Shown: one piece after another, positions 1-9,930 of the stretch
Layout: the number at the start of each line of letters is the position of its first letter
Numbering within the stretch: the stretch's first letter is position 1
Source: Ignavibacteriales bacterium
GTDB lineage: Bacteria; Bacteroidota; Ignavibacteria; UBA10030
NCBI GenBank assembly: GCA_031406095.1
Contig: JANOGR010000225.1
Location: 1 to 46,048 of the forward strand
Reading direction: 5' to 3'
DNA: 46,048 bases
Program-made: the position numbers and the translations under genes
Notes under the pieces: model-generated
Seen by the model: only the letters and a program-made list of their open reading frames with translations
Databases searched by the model: none
What the model was told of the DNA's origin: nothing

Positions 1-95
1 TTTAAATTTAATGCCTAGTTTGTATCTTCGATTGTCATAAGTTTGTATGTGAATAAAATTCATATAAATCCAACCAATGAAGGTGCACAAGAATC

Positions 96-311
96 TCAGG
101 TAGTCCATTGAGGTTGTGCGGAATTATTATCCTGCACATTCGTGCTTTTGCCGATCCTGATGTAATTGACGTCGCCCCTAATCACGGTGTTAAACCAAAC
201 GCTGCTGTCTTCACCAATTTCGACATCGCCGATGATTCTCGCACCTTCAGCAACGAACACCGACTGATGGATCTTGGGCGACTTTGATCCAAAGGGGATG
301 ATCGTGCTCAA
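96..311 (-). pseudogene. Gamma-carbonic anhydrase family (hexapeptide-repeat) protein, 3'-truncated
   Basis: PKIHQSVFVAEGARIIGDVEIGEDSSVWFNTVIRGDVNYIRIGKSTNVQDN is a typical gamma-CA/YrdA N-terminus. Likely TTG start at 311 overlaps the upstream TGA. Similarity stops after VQDN (~pos 126) and a stop follows 9 codons later in AT-rich sequence. Confidence 0.75.
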
Positions 312-1150
312 TCTCTTTCGACAAACTTGGGAGGGCGCCAGCCTTCTCTCTTCCAACTTTTCAGTTCCACCTTAATACTGCCCAGAATCACATTCATTCG
401 GGCAACGATTGGAATCCGGGCGTCATCATTACTGAACTGGCCGCTGAAACCGCCCGTAAGACCAAATACGCCCACATAGTCGGCCTTCCCGTCAAATTCA
501 ACCACTTCGACCGGATAGTCCACCGCACCGATTTCGACGTCCGTGACCGAATTCATGAAATTGATAAACGTGTTCACTTTTTTGCCTTCGATGAAGGTGG
601 GCACGTTCAACTGTTTTTTTTGCCGCACATGCTTTCGAGCATAGAAAAACACCGTAAACCCATCCTGACATTTTTCACCGACCGCGACCGTGTCAAGCGA
701 TTCAACCTGCAGCTCGTTATTCGGGAGTTTCTTCCCCTTGTCAAAAACCAGCCGGCTGCTGTCATACTGAAATGTAATTCTTCGGAATTTCGTTTCCTTC
801 GCCGTGCTATCTTCGCCAATCCAGGAATAGGAATACAGGTCCCCGTCCATTTCACTCGTAAATCGAATATGCAGGTCGACAAGCCAGGAAAGACTCGGGT
901 TGGAATCGATGATAGCCCGTGTTTTGAAAACCTCCCGCCCGTTTCGTTGCTCCTTTCCCACAAGGAGGATACGGATTGTCCCGACATTAAAGACAGAATA
1001 GCTGACGTTGTACTCGAGTTCTTCTCCTACCTGCAGCAAGGGATCGGGAACCAGAACAGAATCGCGTGAGATGTGCTTTGTGATGGAGGGCGGTATTGAT
1101 CCTGGGGCTGCAAACCAGGTCGTCAAAAACACAAGTAAGAATGGAATCAC
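308..1150 (-). CDS. DUF3108-like exported protein
   Basis: 280-aa ORF with an N-terminal hydrophobic signal, a GEELEYNVSY motif and a C-terminal SNDDARIPIVARMNVILGSIKVEL typical of DUF3108 proteins. Confidence 0.65.
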   Translation of the reverse strand: MIPFLLVFLTTWFAAPGSIPPSITKHISRDSVLVPDPLLQVGEELEYNVSYSVFNVGTIRILLVGKEQRNGREVFKTRAIIDSNPSLSWLVDLHIRFTSEMDGDLYSYSWIGEDSTAKETKFRRITFQYDSSRLVFDKGKKLPNNELQVESLDTVAVGEKCQDGFTVFFYARKHVRQKKQLNVPTFIEGKKVNTFINFMNSVTDVEIGAVDYPVEVVEFDGKADYVGVFGLTGGFSGQFSNDDARIPIVARMNVILGSIKVELKSWKREGWRPPKFVERD

Positions 1151-1176
1151 AAGCAGTGAATGGACTTGAGGTGTCC

Positions 1177-2811
1177 TCAGTTCAGCTTTGCAATTTTTTC
1201 AGCCTCGGGGAAGAGCGTCAAAGCCTTCTGAAATTGAACATCTGTTTCCAGGAGAACCAGAACCCTGCCTTCGGACCCAAAAAGCGCACGCGCTATCTCG
1301 GATTTTAGCCTGCCCCTGATCAACGGAAGATCTTTGTCGAATTCCTCTTGCTTGATAGCAACACCTTTGGAAGAGACGAACTCTCGAAAGCCCTTCATCA
1401 TTTCATCAGGAAGTTGATATTTCTGACTAAATTTCACGAGTGCATTCCCGTATTCCTGCCGCAACTTCAGGCCGGGACCCTCCATGTAGGTTTTGGTGTA
1501 GTCGAAAAACAGATTTCTTCGAAAGATGGTCAAGGTCAGGTCGGATATGGTCGACGCCTTAACAACATAGTCGGGTGTAATTCCTCCACCGCCCCGGACG
1601 GCGCGTCCTGCATGCGTCTTGAACACCGGTGCGAGCGAATCAGCTCCGTTTTTGCTGTCCATCTTGTGCTCGATATTTTCTCCTTCTTCCTCAGAACGCT
1701 CAAATGCTTCTCTTTGGTATTTTTCCTTATCCTTGCCCTCGTATGAGCGCTGGATCAAACGCCCGCTCGGGGTGTAGTAGCGTGCGATGGTCAGCCGAAA
1801 TGCTGAACCGTCGGCAAGTTTCCATTGTCTCTGCACCAAGCCTTTTCCAAAGCTCGGCTCCCCCACGATCAAACCGCGATCCCAGTCCTGAATTGCCCCC
1901 GCGACGATCTCGCTCGCACTGGCCGATGAATTACTGATCAAGACAATGAGGGGGATTTTTTCGTACTCTTCGCCGGTCTTGGCTGAATAGGATTCTTCGA
2001 AATCCGGCCGCCGAGCTTTGGTGTACACAATAGTTTTCGGCTTCTCCTTTGTGCCTCCGTCGAGAAACAGGTCGGACATTCTCACGGCCTCCTCGAGGTA
2101 TCCTCCCGGGTTTCCCCTCAAATCAAGAATGAGTCTCTTCATCCCTTCGCCGCGGAGCTTCTGGAGAGCACGTACCATCTCCGTACCCGTCTGCTCATTG
2201 AATCTGTTGACGAACAGATATCCGACCTCCTTGTTAATCATCAAGGCAGCCTCGACGCTGTACAGCGGAATCTCGTCGCGTATGATTTCAAAATCGATGA
2301 TTTCTTTTACGCCGGGCCTCACAATCGCAACTTTCACTTTTGTTCCTTTCGGACCCCGGAGCGTTCTCACGACCTTCGCGTCATCGAATCCGATGGCTGA
2401 GCTATCGTTGATCTTAACAATACGGTCATTCGAGAGAATTCCCAGCCGGGCCGACGGCCCACCGCCTACCGGCTCAAGAACTGTGATGGTGTCATTCAGT
2501 ACCCTGAATGAAATCCCAATACCCTCGAACTTCCCTCTAAAGTCTTCCGTGACTTTTTCGAACGCCTTCGGGGGAATGTAGACGGAATGGGGGTCGAGCG
2601 TGTTCAGCATACCCGTGATGGCGGATTCGGTCAGTTTTTGTGTGTCGACGTCATCTACGTAGTATTTTTCCGTAAAGCTCAGTACATCCTGGAACTTCTT
2701 GAGCTGCTCATAAATGTTGTCCGCGGAAATGAGCTTGTTGATCTCCATTCCCGTAAACAGACTCAGCGTTACGAAAGCCGCAACCGACCATCCTGAGAAT
2801 TGTTTCTTCAT
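1177..2811 (-). CDS. S41 family carboxy-terminal processing protease (PDZ + peptidase)
   Basis: LDPHS, FEGIGI, LDLRGNPGG, SASASEIVAGAIQD, FGKGLVQ and YYTPSGR motifs. ATG at 2811 (MKKQFSG, followed by a TM/signal) is preferred over the ORF-track start at 2853. Confidence 0.93.
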   Translation of the reverse strand: MKKQFSGWSVAAFVTLSLFTGMEINKLISADNIYEQLKKFQDVLSFTEKYYVDDVDTQKLTESAITGMLNTLDPHSVYIPPKAFEKVTEDFRGKFEGIGISFRVLNDTITVLEPVGGGPSARLGILSNDRIVKINDSSAIGFDDAKVVRTLRGPKGTKVKVAIVRPGVKEIIDFEIIRDEIPLYSVEAALMINKEVGYLFVNRFNEQTGTEMVRALQKLRGEGMKRLILDLRGNPGGYLEEAVRMSDLFLDGGTKEKPKTIVYTKARRPDFEESYSAKTGEEYEKIPLIVLISNSSASASEIVAGAIQDWDRGLIVGEPSFGKGLVQRQWKLADGSAFRLTIARYYTPSGRLIQRSYEGKDKEKYQREAFERSEEEGENIEHKMDSKNGADSLAPVFKTHAGRAVRGGGGITPDYVVKASTISDLTLTIFRRNLFFDYTKTYMEGPGLKLRQEYGNALVKFSQKYQLPDEMMKGFREFVSSKGVAIKQEEFDKDLPLIRGRLKSEIARALFGSEGRVLVLLETDVQFQKALTLFPEAEKIAKLN

Positions 2812-2912
2812 GAAATCCCTTTCAATCCAGCCAGAATTCTGTTCCCGCTCCACTCGAAGATAAAGACGTCAAAACACTCGTCCGTGTTACAGCCTCTCGA
2901 CCGATTCGCCAT

Positions 2913-2940
2913 AAAGTACGAGAAATCGAGCTAAAAACAA
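2913..2940 (-). promoter_or_regulatory. Putative sigma70-type promoter for the S41 protease operon
   Basis: Minus strand TTGTTT-16 nt-TACTTT in the intergenic gap. The same pattern recurs at other gaps in this window. Confidence 0.45.
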
Positions 2941-2945
2941 AGAAA

Positions 2946-5516
2946 CTAGAATGTGAGCTTCACTCCTATGCGAATTCGCCTCGGTTCATAATAAGCATTG
3001 GGGTCCTCCAGCTCACCCCCGATGCGGCCGTTCGAATCCACCCACCGGACATTCTTCTTGTTCAACAGGTTGCTGACATGCGCATACACGGTGAAAACAG
3101 TGCCATGAAGCTCGCCGAACCTGAAGTCCTTTGACAGCTTGATGTTCAACAAAGTCACATCAAACATCCTTGCATTATTGGGGACGAAAACATGCGTCGT
3201 ATCCAGCGGATTGTAACCATCCCTTGTCGGAAAGTACGTGTAGGGACGGGCGGAATTGTAGAGTAAAATCATGTTCGCCTGAATGTCGCCGACGAGCCGG
3301 AAGTCCGCATCAGCTTTGACAGTGTGTCGTTGGTCCCATGAAAGCGGAAAGGCTACCGGGGGCAATGGAAATCCCCATTGAGAGTAATTGATGGTCTGAT
3401 TCACAGATTCGCTGATTCCTTCGGTTGTCATGTACGAATAGGAAATGCTTCCTGCAATACGTTCATCGTGCTCCCGACTCAAAACAAACTCAAGTCCGGT
3501 TGCCGAGGCTTCAGCGTTGTTGACGTAAGAGGCAAAACCGTAGTCGCCGGCAAACTTGCTGTCGAATGGAACGAGCGTCTTGGTATCGATCTGTTTCGTG
3601 AATTTTTTTCGGAAGTAGGTGGCCGAAAACACCACATTCTCGTTGACACCATGCTTGAATCCCATTTCCCATGCAATCGAGCGTTCAGGTTCGAGGTCGG
3701 GATTGCCGGCGAGGACATTCTTAACCCCTTGACGCAGTTGCACGGGGTTGATCCCGGAATACAGATAGTCAAACAAGGGATACTGAAAATACTGGCCGAA
3801 ATTGGCAAAGAAAAAGCTTCGAGGGCCAACGGGCGCCGCAAACGAAATCCGGCCGCTTAACTGCTGCTTGAGAGTAGCTTTCGTCGTTTTGGTGGATACA
3901 AGATCGAACTCATTTGGGTTTGTTGGAATGGAATCGATAACCGGACGTTCTGCGGTCGGGTCGAGAAAATCCCAACGGAGCCCTACACTGAAATTCGACC
4001 CATCACGAACGAGCTCAACTTTGTCCTGAATATAGACGCTTCCTGAACGAGGTCGGTAGGCATACGTGTTGCTATAATTCAGGAGCGGGGCACCGGCGAT
4101 CGGTTTGCCAAAATACGTTGTTTGCGGCTCGTATTTGATGAGGTCGGAGAGGATATGATACTGGTTCAATTCCGCACCAATCTTGAAAATGTGATTTCGA
4201 AAGATCTCCGACGTAAGATCGCCTTTGGCCGTGTAGATTGTCTGGCGCGTATTCGCCCACCAGTTGCGGGTTCCACCTATGATATATCGCAGAAAGAAAT
4301 CATATTCGTAAGGCTGCAGCGAGAGAGCGTCTTTCGTATCGCCTATCCGTGTCTTCAATTGAAAAGCGCTGACGGTCATGGTGAAGAAAGTGTTATCACT
4401 AAGGGCGCTGGACAACGTTGTGCCAACCCGGTATGAATTGCGCGACCTTGTCGGGAGTCCTGTAAGGTTGAACCTCCAGCTAAACTCATAATCGCTCCAC
4501 GAGCTTACACTGTATATGCCCTGGGTCGTCAGCCTCGTTGTTGGGGAGAACACATAATCCAGTTTTGCAAAACCGCTCACCTCATGACTGATGGGCGAAA
4601 GGAAAAAATGCCGGAAGTCTTCCCACCAGCGGGTGTCCGACGTCAAAACATTGTTTGCCGAGAAGAAGTAGACTTCCCCGGGGACGACAGGACCGCTTGC
4701 GGTCAACTCAAGCTCCGCTGCCCTGTTTTGTTGTCTGTTCCACCCCTCGGGCAACCAGCTGTCACGTTCGTATCTCACAGAAAACTCTTGGCGGTCGTTT
4801 CCAGACTTTGTGATCAAGTTGATGACGCCTGACATGGCGTTCCCGTATTCTGCCTCGAATCCTCCCGTGTGAATCGACATGCTGGTGATGGAACTCTTTG
4901 GAATACTCGTCCCCAAGCCGCCTCCGATCACGTCCTGGATTGGGAGGCCGTCAACGAGATAGACCACTTCATTTGTCTTCCCGCCGCGAACATTTCCTTC
5001 CAGTGTTGTTCCGGGCTGGAGTAACAGGACTTCCTGAAATCTCCCGATGGGAAGCTTTTCAAGCTTGACTTCACCGACGCTGAACGCCGTTGCTGCCTGG
5101 TCCGTCTGAATAAGCGGCTTTTCGGCCCGGACTTCCACAGCCTCTACTTCAATCGCGGATTGCTCCAATTCAACGTCAAGTCGCGTACGTAAATCAGGCA
5201 AGATTGTGACTTTCTTCATGACAACAGGTTTATACCCGATAAGACTAAAGCGGACGTCGTACACCCCTGCCCGCACGTTGCCGACCCGATATTCCCCCGC
5301 AGTGTCTGTCACGGCACCCAGACCCGTTCCAATCAATATAACGTTGACTCCAATAAGCGTTTCCTGAGTCTGTTTGTCGATCACTCGTCCTTCTACGATG
5401 CCCGTGGTGCCTCGCATACCGATTGAAATGAACGAGTAAATTACGAAGAGCAAACAGGTCGCCAAATGGTTCCGAAGCTTCGTTGCACAGAGCTTATGGA
5501 TCCGACATCGGTTCAT
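2946..5516 (-). CDS. TonB-dependent outer-membrane receptor with N-terminal carboxypeptidase-regulatory-like domain
   Basis: GRVIDKQTQETLIGVNV, plug motifs VRGG..NEVVYLVDG and GGFEAEYGNAMSGVINLITKSG, NPDLEPE, and C-terminal PRRIRIGVKLTF. ATG 5516 overlaps the upstream stop (ATGA). Confidence 0.9.
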   Translation of the reverse strand: MNRCRIHKLCATKLRNHLATCLLFVIYSFISIGMRGTTGIVEGRVIDKQTQETLIGVNVILIGTGLGAVTDTAGEYRVGNVRAGVYDVRFSLIGYKPVVMKKVTILPDLRTRLDVELEQSAIEVEAVEVRAEKPLIQTDQAATAFSVGEVKLEKLPIGRFQEVLLLQPGTTLEGNVRGGKTNEVVYLVDGLPIQDVIGGGLGTSIPKSSITSMSIHTGGFEAEYGNAMSGVINLITKSGNDRQEFSVRYERDSWLPEGWNRQQNRAAELELTASGPVVPGEVYFFSANNVLTSDTRWWEDFRHFFLSPISHEVSGFAKLDYVFSPTTRLTTQGIYSVSSWSDYEFSWRFNLTGLPTRSRNSYRVGTTLSSALSDNTFFTMTVSAFQLKTRIGDTKDALSLQPYEYDFFLRYIIGGTRNWWANTRQTIYTAKGDLTSEIFRNHIFKIGAELNQYHILSDLIKYEPQTTYFGKPIAGAPLLNYSNTYAYRPRSGSVYIQDKVELVRDGSNFSVGLRWDFLDPTAERPVIDSIPTNPNEFDLVSTKTTKATLKQQLSGRISFAAPVGPRSFFFANFGQYFQYPLFDYLYSGINPVQLRQGVKNVLAGNPDLEPERSIAWEMGFKHGVNENVVFSATYFRKKFTKQIDTKTLVPFDSKFAGDYGFASYVNNAEASATGLEFVLSREHDERIAGSISYSYMTTEGISESVNQTINYSQWGFPLPPVAFPLSWDQRHTVKADADFRLVGDIQANMILLYNSARPYTYFPTRDGYNPLDTTHVFVPNNARMFDVTLLNIKLSKDFRFGELHGTVFTVYAHVSNLLNKKNVRWVDSNGRIGGELEDPNAYYEPRRIRIGVKLTF

Positions 5517-6127
5517 TTTGGACACTCAAGAATTGGCGGGCAGAAATTCGGGAGGACGAATACATTTACATGGCAGAAAACAAACCCGCTCATAGTAGCG
5601 GTGATCGCAGGGATGCGGTCGAACACAAGCATTTCGCTGTGAATACTGAAGACTTCGGGCAGTGCGATCGTCCTCCCGCTACATGTAGCGTCCGGGAAAT
5701 AGCGAAAGAATGAATTCCGAAGGTCCACGCCGTTGTCTGCCATAAAATCCCAACTCACACGAAACTGAACCGAATCTCCCGGGTCAATCGTCAATATTTT
5801 CGAGGCAGAATTATAATTCCTGGCATAGGCCAGGTTTGCATCGGACAAACTGAATGACCTTCGGTATGATGAATTTCTCAGGGGTATGATTTCGAACTGA
5901 CCGTTAAACACGGCTTTTCCCTGAAGAGTCTCGTCGAACGAATTCTTGATCGTTACGTTGAGCGAAAGCGAGTTCGTGGTGACGTTTAAACTGTATATGC
6001 CGTATACTTTCGCCGTAAAGACGGTGGAAGGGTCGTTGTAAGGCGGCAGCTCGGGTTCACAAGCACCAAAAGCAATCCAAAAACCGGCCGTCGATATGAG
6101 AACGAATGTTCTCGAGAACCGGTGCAA
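5513..6127 (-). CDS. Hypothetical lipoprotein
   Basis: 204-aa ORF tightly packed between lysS and the TBDR. Signal peptide with a lipobox-like FGAC. Confidence 0.65.
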   Translation of the reverse strand: MHRFSRTFVLISTAGFWIAFGACEPELPPYNDPSTVFTAKVYGIYSLNVTTNSLSLNVTIKNSFDETLQGKAVFNGQFEIIPLRNSSYRRSFSLSDANLAYARNYNSASKILTIDPGDSVQFRVSWDFMADNGVDLRNSFFRYFPDATCSGRTIALPEVFSIHSEMLVFDRIPAITATMSGFVFCHVNVFVLPNFCPPILECPK

Positions 6128-6128
6128 A

Positions 6129-7664
6129 TCACTTCTCCGGCTTCATCTGCGGGAACAGAATCACATCCCGTATGGAATCCTGACCGGTCAGGAGCATCGT
6201 AAGCCGATCGACACCGATTCCGAGGCCAGCCGTTGGCGGCATTCCATACTCGAGTGCCCGTAGAAAATCCTCGTCCAGGATTTGAGCTTCCTCGTTTCCG
6301 AGAGCTCGCAGCTTCATTTGCTCTTCAAATCGAGCGCGTTGTTCGAGCGGATCATTCAACTCCGAGAAAGCATTGCAAATCTCCTGGCCATGCACAAAGC
6401 CCTCAAAGCGCTCAACGAGACCCGCTTCTGTCCGATGTTTCTTTGCCAGGGGAGACATTTCCTGCGGATGGTCCGTAATAAAAGTCGGCTGAACAATCCT
6501 CGGCTGGACCTTCTCTCCGAAGATCGTATCGACAATCTCGCCAGGTCCAGAACCCTTTTCAAGTTCAACGCCGATTTCCTTTGCGGTCTTACGAAGTTCG
6601 GATTCGGATTGTCCGCGCAAGTTTTTTCCTGTGAATTCCTGTATGGCCTGGAACATCGAGAGGCGCTTCCACGGAGGCATCAAATTGATTTCGGTCCCCC
6701 CGACGTTGACACTTGCCTTACCATTGACTGCGACGGCTATTTCAGAAATGAGCTGCTCGACCAGCTCCATCATCCATTGATAGTCCTTGAATGCGACGTA
6801 CAGTTCCATCATTGTGAACTCCGGGTTATGGGACCGATCCATCCCTTCATTCCGGAAATCCTTTGAAATTTCATACACGCCGTCAAGGCCTCCGACAATC
6901 AGCCGTTTGAGATACAGTTCATCCGCGATCCTCAGATAAAGATCCATATCGTGGGCGTTATGGTGCGTTTTAAACGGCCGCGCAAACGCGCCACCGTATA
7001 TCGGCTGGAGGGCCGGAGTTTCCACCTCAAGATAATTCCTTGCGTCAAGAAATTTTCTCATTGTGGTGACGATTTTTGCTCTTTTCACAAACACTTCACG
7101 CACATGCGCATTCGCAATCAGGTCGACATATCTTTGACGATAACGCAATTCCTTGTCCGAGAACGGGTCGAAAATCACTTTGTCGCCTTTTTCATCAATC
7201 TTTTCCTTCACGACCGGAAGAGGACGCAACGATTTCGCCAGGAGAATAAACTGTTGCGCATGAACGGACACTTCACCCATTTTCGTCCTGAAGACAAACC
7301 CCTTTACTCCAATAATATCCCCTATGTCTATCAGTCGGAAGGCCTCATACATCGCGCCAAGGTCGTCCTTCTTCAAATAGATCTGTATTTTTCCTTGTGG
7401 ATCCTGGATATGGCAGAAGGATGCCTTTCCCATTTTTCGGATTGAAGTAATCCTGCCGGCCACGGAAACGTTCGCTGGAGGAGCATTCTCCTGAAAAGAC
7501 CCGATAACTTCTTGCGAGAGATGCGTTCTATCATATTCATACGGATAAGGATTGATCCCCAACTTCCGCAGCTGGTCCAGTTCTTCCCTTCGACGAAGCA
7601 TCAGCACGTTCAAATCGTCGTGTTCGTGCTGGATCGGTGGGATGTTGTTTTCTTTTTGACCCAT
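6129..7664 (-). CDS. lysS: Lysine--tRNA ligase (class II)
   Basis: [62 protein letters not shown] and RDVILFP motifs. ATG at 7664 lies just after the malQ stop. Confidence 0.97.
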   Translation of the reverse strand: MGQKENNIPPIQHEHDDLNVLMLRRREELDQLRKLGINPYPYEYDRTHLSQEVIGSFQENAPPANVSVAGRITSIRKMGKASFCHIQDPQGKIQIYLKKDDLGAMYEAFRLIDIGDIIGVKGFVFRTKMGEVSVHAQQFILLAKSLRPLPVVKEKIDEKGDKVIFDPFSDKELRYRQRYVDLIANAHVREVFVKRAKIVTTMRKFLDARNYLEVETPALQPIYGGAFARPFKTHHNAHDMDLYLRIADELYLKRLIVGGLDGVYEISKDFRNEGMDRSHNPEFTMMELYVAFKDYQWMMELVEQLISEIAVAVNGKASVNVGGTEINLMPPWKRLSMFQAIQEFTGKNLRGQSESELRKTAKEIGVELEKGSGPGEIVDTIFGEKVQPRIVQPTFITDHPQEMSPLAKKHRTEAGLVERFEGFVHGQEICNAFSELNDPLEQRARFEEQMKLRALGNEEAQILDEDFLRALEYGMPPTAGLGIGVDRLTMLLTGQDSIRDVILFPQMKPEK

Positions 7665-7669
7665 GTCGT

Positions 7670-9160
7670 TCAGTTCCGGCTGTTGGCCATTGTCAGGGAG
7701 TGCAACTTCGCCGAATGCTCTTCGATGAAAAAATCCCACGTGAACCGCCATTCCCAATTACCCGTCGATGTGCCGGGGTAATTCATCCTAGCTTCATTTC
7801 CCAGTCCCAAAACGTCCTGAATCGGAAAAATCGACGTGTCAGCTTTCGACTCGCTTGCGATTCGGATCATATCCCATTGAATGCTGGTCCCATCGCTTTT
7901 GGCGTATTCGAGAACGAATTTCTTCATCTTCGAATCGATTCTCCGGAACCAACCGACCGTCGTATCGTTGTCATGAGTTCCCGTATATACCATGCAACGC
8001 GTCTGATGGTTGTGCGGTAGGTTTGGGTGGTCGAGTCCGTCATCAAACGCAAATTGAAGTACCTTCATACCCGGCAATTCCAGTTTCTCGCGCAGCGCAG
8101 TCACATCGGGCGTGATAATTCCCAGGTCTTCGACGACAATCGGAAGACTGCCAAATGAATCGAGTATCTTCTCAAATAGGTCTTCGCCCGGGGATTTCAC
8201 CCACTGCCCTCGTTCTGCGGTCCTCTCATTTGCTGGCACCTCCCAATAAGCGAGGAACCCACGGAAGTGATCGATGCGGACTATATCAAACAGAGAAAAC
8301 GAATGTCGAAGGCGCTCTTTCCACCAGCGATATCCGGATTGCTTCATCACATCCCATCGGTAAAGCGGATTCCCCCACCGCTGCCCGGTTGGACTGAAGT
8401 AGTCAGGCGGCACACCAGCGACAACAGTCGGATAGCCGTGTTCGTCAAGAAAAAACATGTTGGGGTTCGACCATACGTCAACACTGTTATGTGCCACGAA
8501 AATCGGGATGTCGCCAATAATCTGAACTCCTTTGCCGTTCGCATAGGACTTCAGGCTCATCCACTGTCTGAAAAAAGACCATTGGACAAACTTGTGAAAT
8601 TGAATCTGCTCCCGAAGATCGGCTTCGACCTTTTTCAGAGCCGTTCGGTCCCGCTTGACGATGTCCGAGTTCCAATTGCACCAGAGAGCTCCTGCGTGTT
8701 CATCGTACAGCGCCATAAACAGAGCAAAATCGTTCAGCCAGGAAGAATGGGATTCACAGAATCGCTCATACTCCGTTTTATCTGCGATGAGTCCGTGATC
8801 CCAAAAATTGTGGGCGGCCTTTTTGAGCCTGGGGATTCTGAAGCTTGAAGCTGCCGCGTAATCAACTTTGTGCGGATGAAATGCTGGCGGGGACTCTATG
8901 TCCTTCTTCCCAAGCCAACCCCGCTCCACAATCTCATGGAGGTCAACAAACAGCGGACTGCCGGCGAATGCAGAGGGACTCATATACGGCGAATTCCCCA
9001 TGCCGGTGGGGCCCAACGGGAGCATTTGCCAAAGAGACTGCTTCGCAGCGACGAGCCAGTCCACAAACCGGAATGCATCCTGGCCAAAATCCCCGCATCC
9101 ATTCGGCCCCGGGAGTGAGGTTGGGTGAAGCAAAATTCCACTGCTGCGTTTGAATTTCAT
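7670..9160 (-). CDS. malQ: 4-alpha-glucanotransferase (amylomaltase, GH77)
   Basis: [52 protein letters not shown] and YTGTHDNDT motifs. Confidence 0.96.
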   Translation of the reverse strand: MKFKRSSGILLHPTSLPGPNGCGDFGQDAFRFVDWLVAAKQSLWQMLPLGPTGMGNSPYMSPSAFAGSPLFVDLHEIVERGWLGKKDIESPPAFHPHKVDYAAASSFRIPRLKKAAHNFWDHGLIADKTEYERFCESHSSWLNDFALFMALYDEHAGALWCNWNSDIVKRDRTALKKVEADLREQIQFHKFVQWSFFRQWMSLKSYANGKGVQIIGDIPIFVAHNSVDVWSNPNMFFLDEHGYPTVVAGVPPDYFSPTGQRWGNPLYRWDVMKQSGYRWWKERLRHSFSLFDIVRIDHFRGFLAYWEVPANERTAERGQWVKSPGEDLFEKILDSFGSLPIVVEDLGIITPDVTALREKLELPGMKVLQFAFDDGLDHPNLPHNHQTRCMVYTGTHDNDTTVGWFRRIDSKMKKFVLEYAKSDGTSIQWDMIRIASESKADTSIFPIQDVLGLGNEARMNYPGTSTGNWEWRFTWDFFIEEHSAKLHSLTMANSRN

Positions 9161-9930
9161 CCGATTTTCGTTTTTCCCTCCGACAGGCCCCTCAGATGCC
9201 TCACTTCACTGTTGTTGAGAAAACGCCATTTCCCTCTCGCCACGCCCACGTGGCCTATTCCGCCGAAGGAAATCCTGTCAAGTTGTTTGACAACATACCC
9301 CAGCGCTTCACACATTCGTCTGATTTCCCTGTTTTTTCCCTCATGGATTGAGATAACCACCTGCTGTCTTCCCGAGGTTTTCACGACCTCGACGCTCTTG
9401 GGGCGAGCGAGACCGTCTGCCAAGCGTACTCCCTTGTGGCGCAGCAAACCCAAATGCTCGGTGGAAATCTTCTTATCAAGAGAAACACGGTATTCCTTGT
9501 CGATCTCGTATTTGGGATGTGTAAGCCGGTTTGCAAATGCGCCATCGTTCGTGAGGATGAGCACGCCCGTCGAATTCCGGTCCAGCCGCCCAACAGGAAA
9601 AACTCTCTGCCTGACACGGACATAGTCTATGACCGTCGTTCTGCCTTTCTCATCACTTAAAGTCGTTATGCAATCCCTGGGTTTGTTCAACAGGATATAG
9701 ACATTCTTTTGTGCCAGAGCAACCGATTTTCCGTTGATGGTTACTCGATCACTCGCAGGCTTCACCTGAAAGCCAAGTTCCTTCACTGTGCGGCCGTTCA
9801 CGGAAACAACCCCGGTGAGGATCAGTTCATCATTCTTGCGCCTTGAACCAATCCCGGCCATTGCGAGAAACTTGTTCAGCCGAAGAGTTTCTTGATGAAC
9901 GTCTGGATCTTTTGTTTCCAGCTGTGCCAC
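9157..9930 (-). CDS. rluB: RsuA-family pseudouridine synthase (S4 + catalytic domain), RluB position
   Basis: LRLNKFLAMAGIGSRR, LLNKP, FPVGRLD and EGKNREIRRM motifs. It sits directly downstream of scpB, the conserved scpA-scpB-rluB order. Confidence 0.88.
   Translation of the reverse strand: MAQLETKDPDVHQETLRLNKFLAMAGIGSRRKNDELILTGVVSVNGRTVKELGFQVKPASDRVTINGKSVALAQKNVYILLNKPRDCITTLSDEKGRTTVIDYVRVRQRVFPVGRLDRNSTGVLILTNDGAFANRLTHPKYEIDKEYRVSLDKKISTEHLGLLRHKGVRLADGLARPKSVEVVKTSGRQQVVISIHEGKNREIRRMCEALGYVVKQLDRISFGGIGHVGVARGKWRFLNNSEVRHLRGLSEGKTKIG

Noticed and set aside
7665-7757. ORF-track N-terminal extensions (lysS here; also S41, PfkB, TrmH, comEC, dtd, GH38)
   Set aside because: They overlap neighbouring genes or promoters, and downstream starts match family N-termini and stop/start coupling
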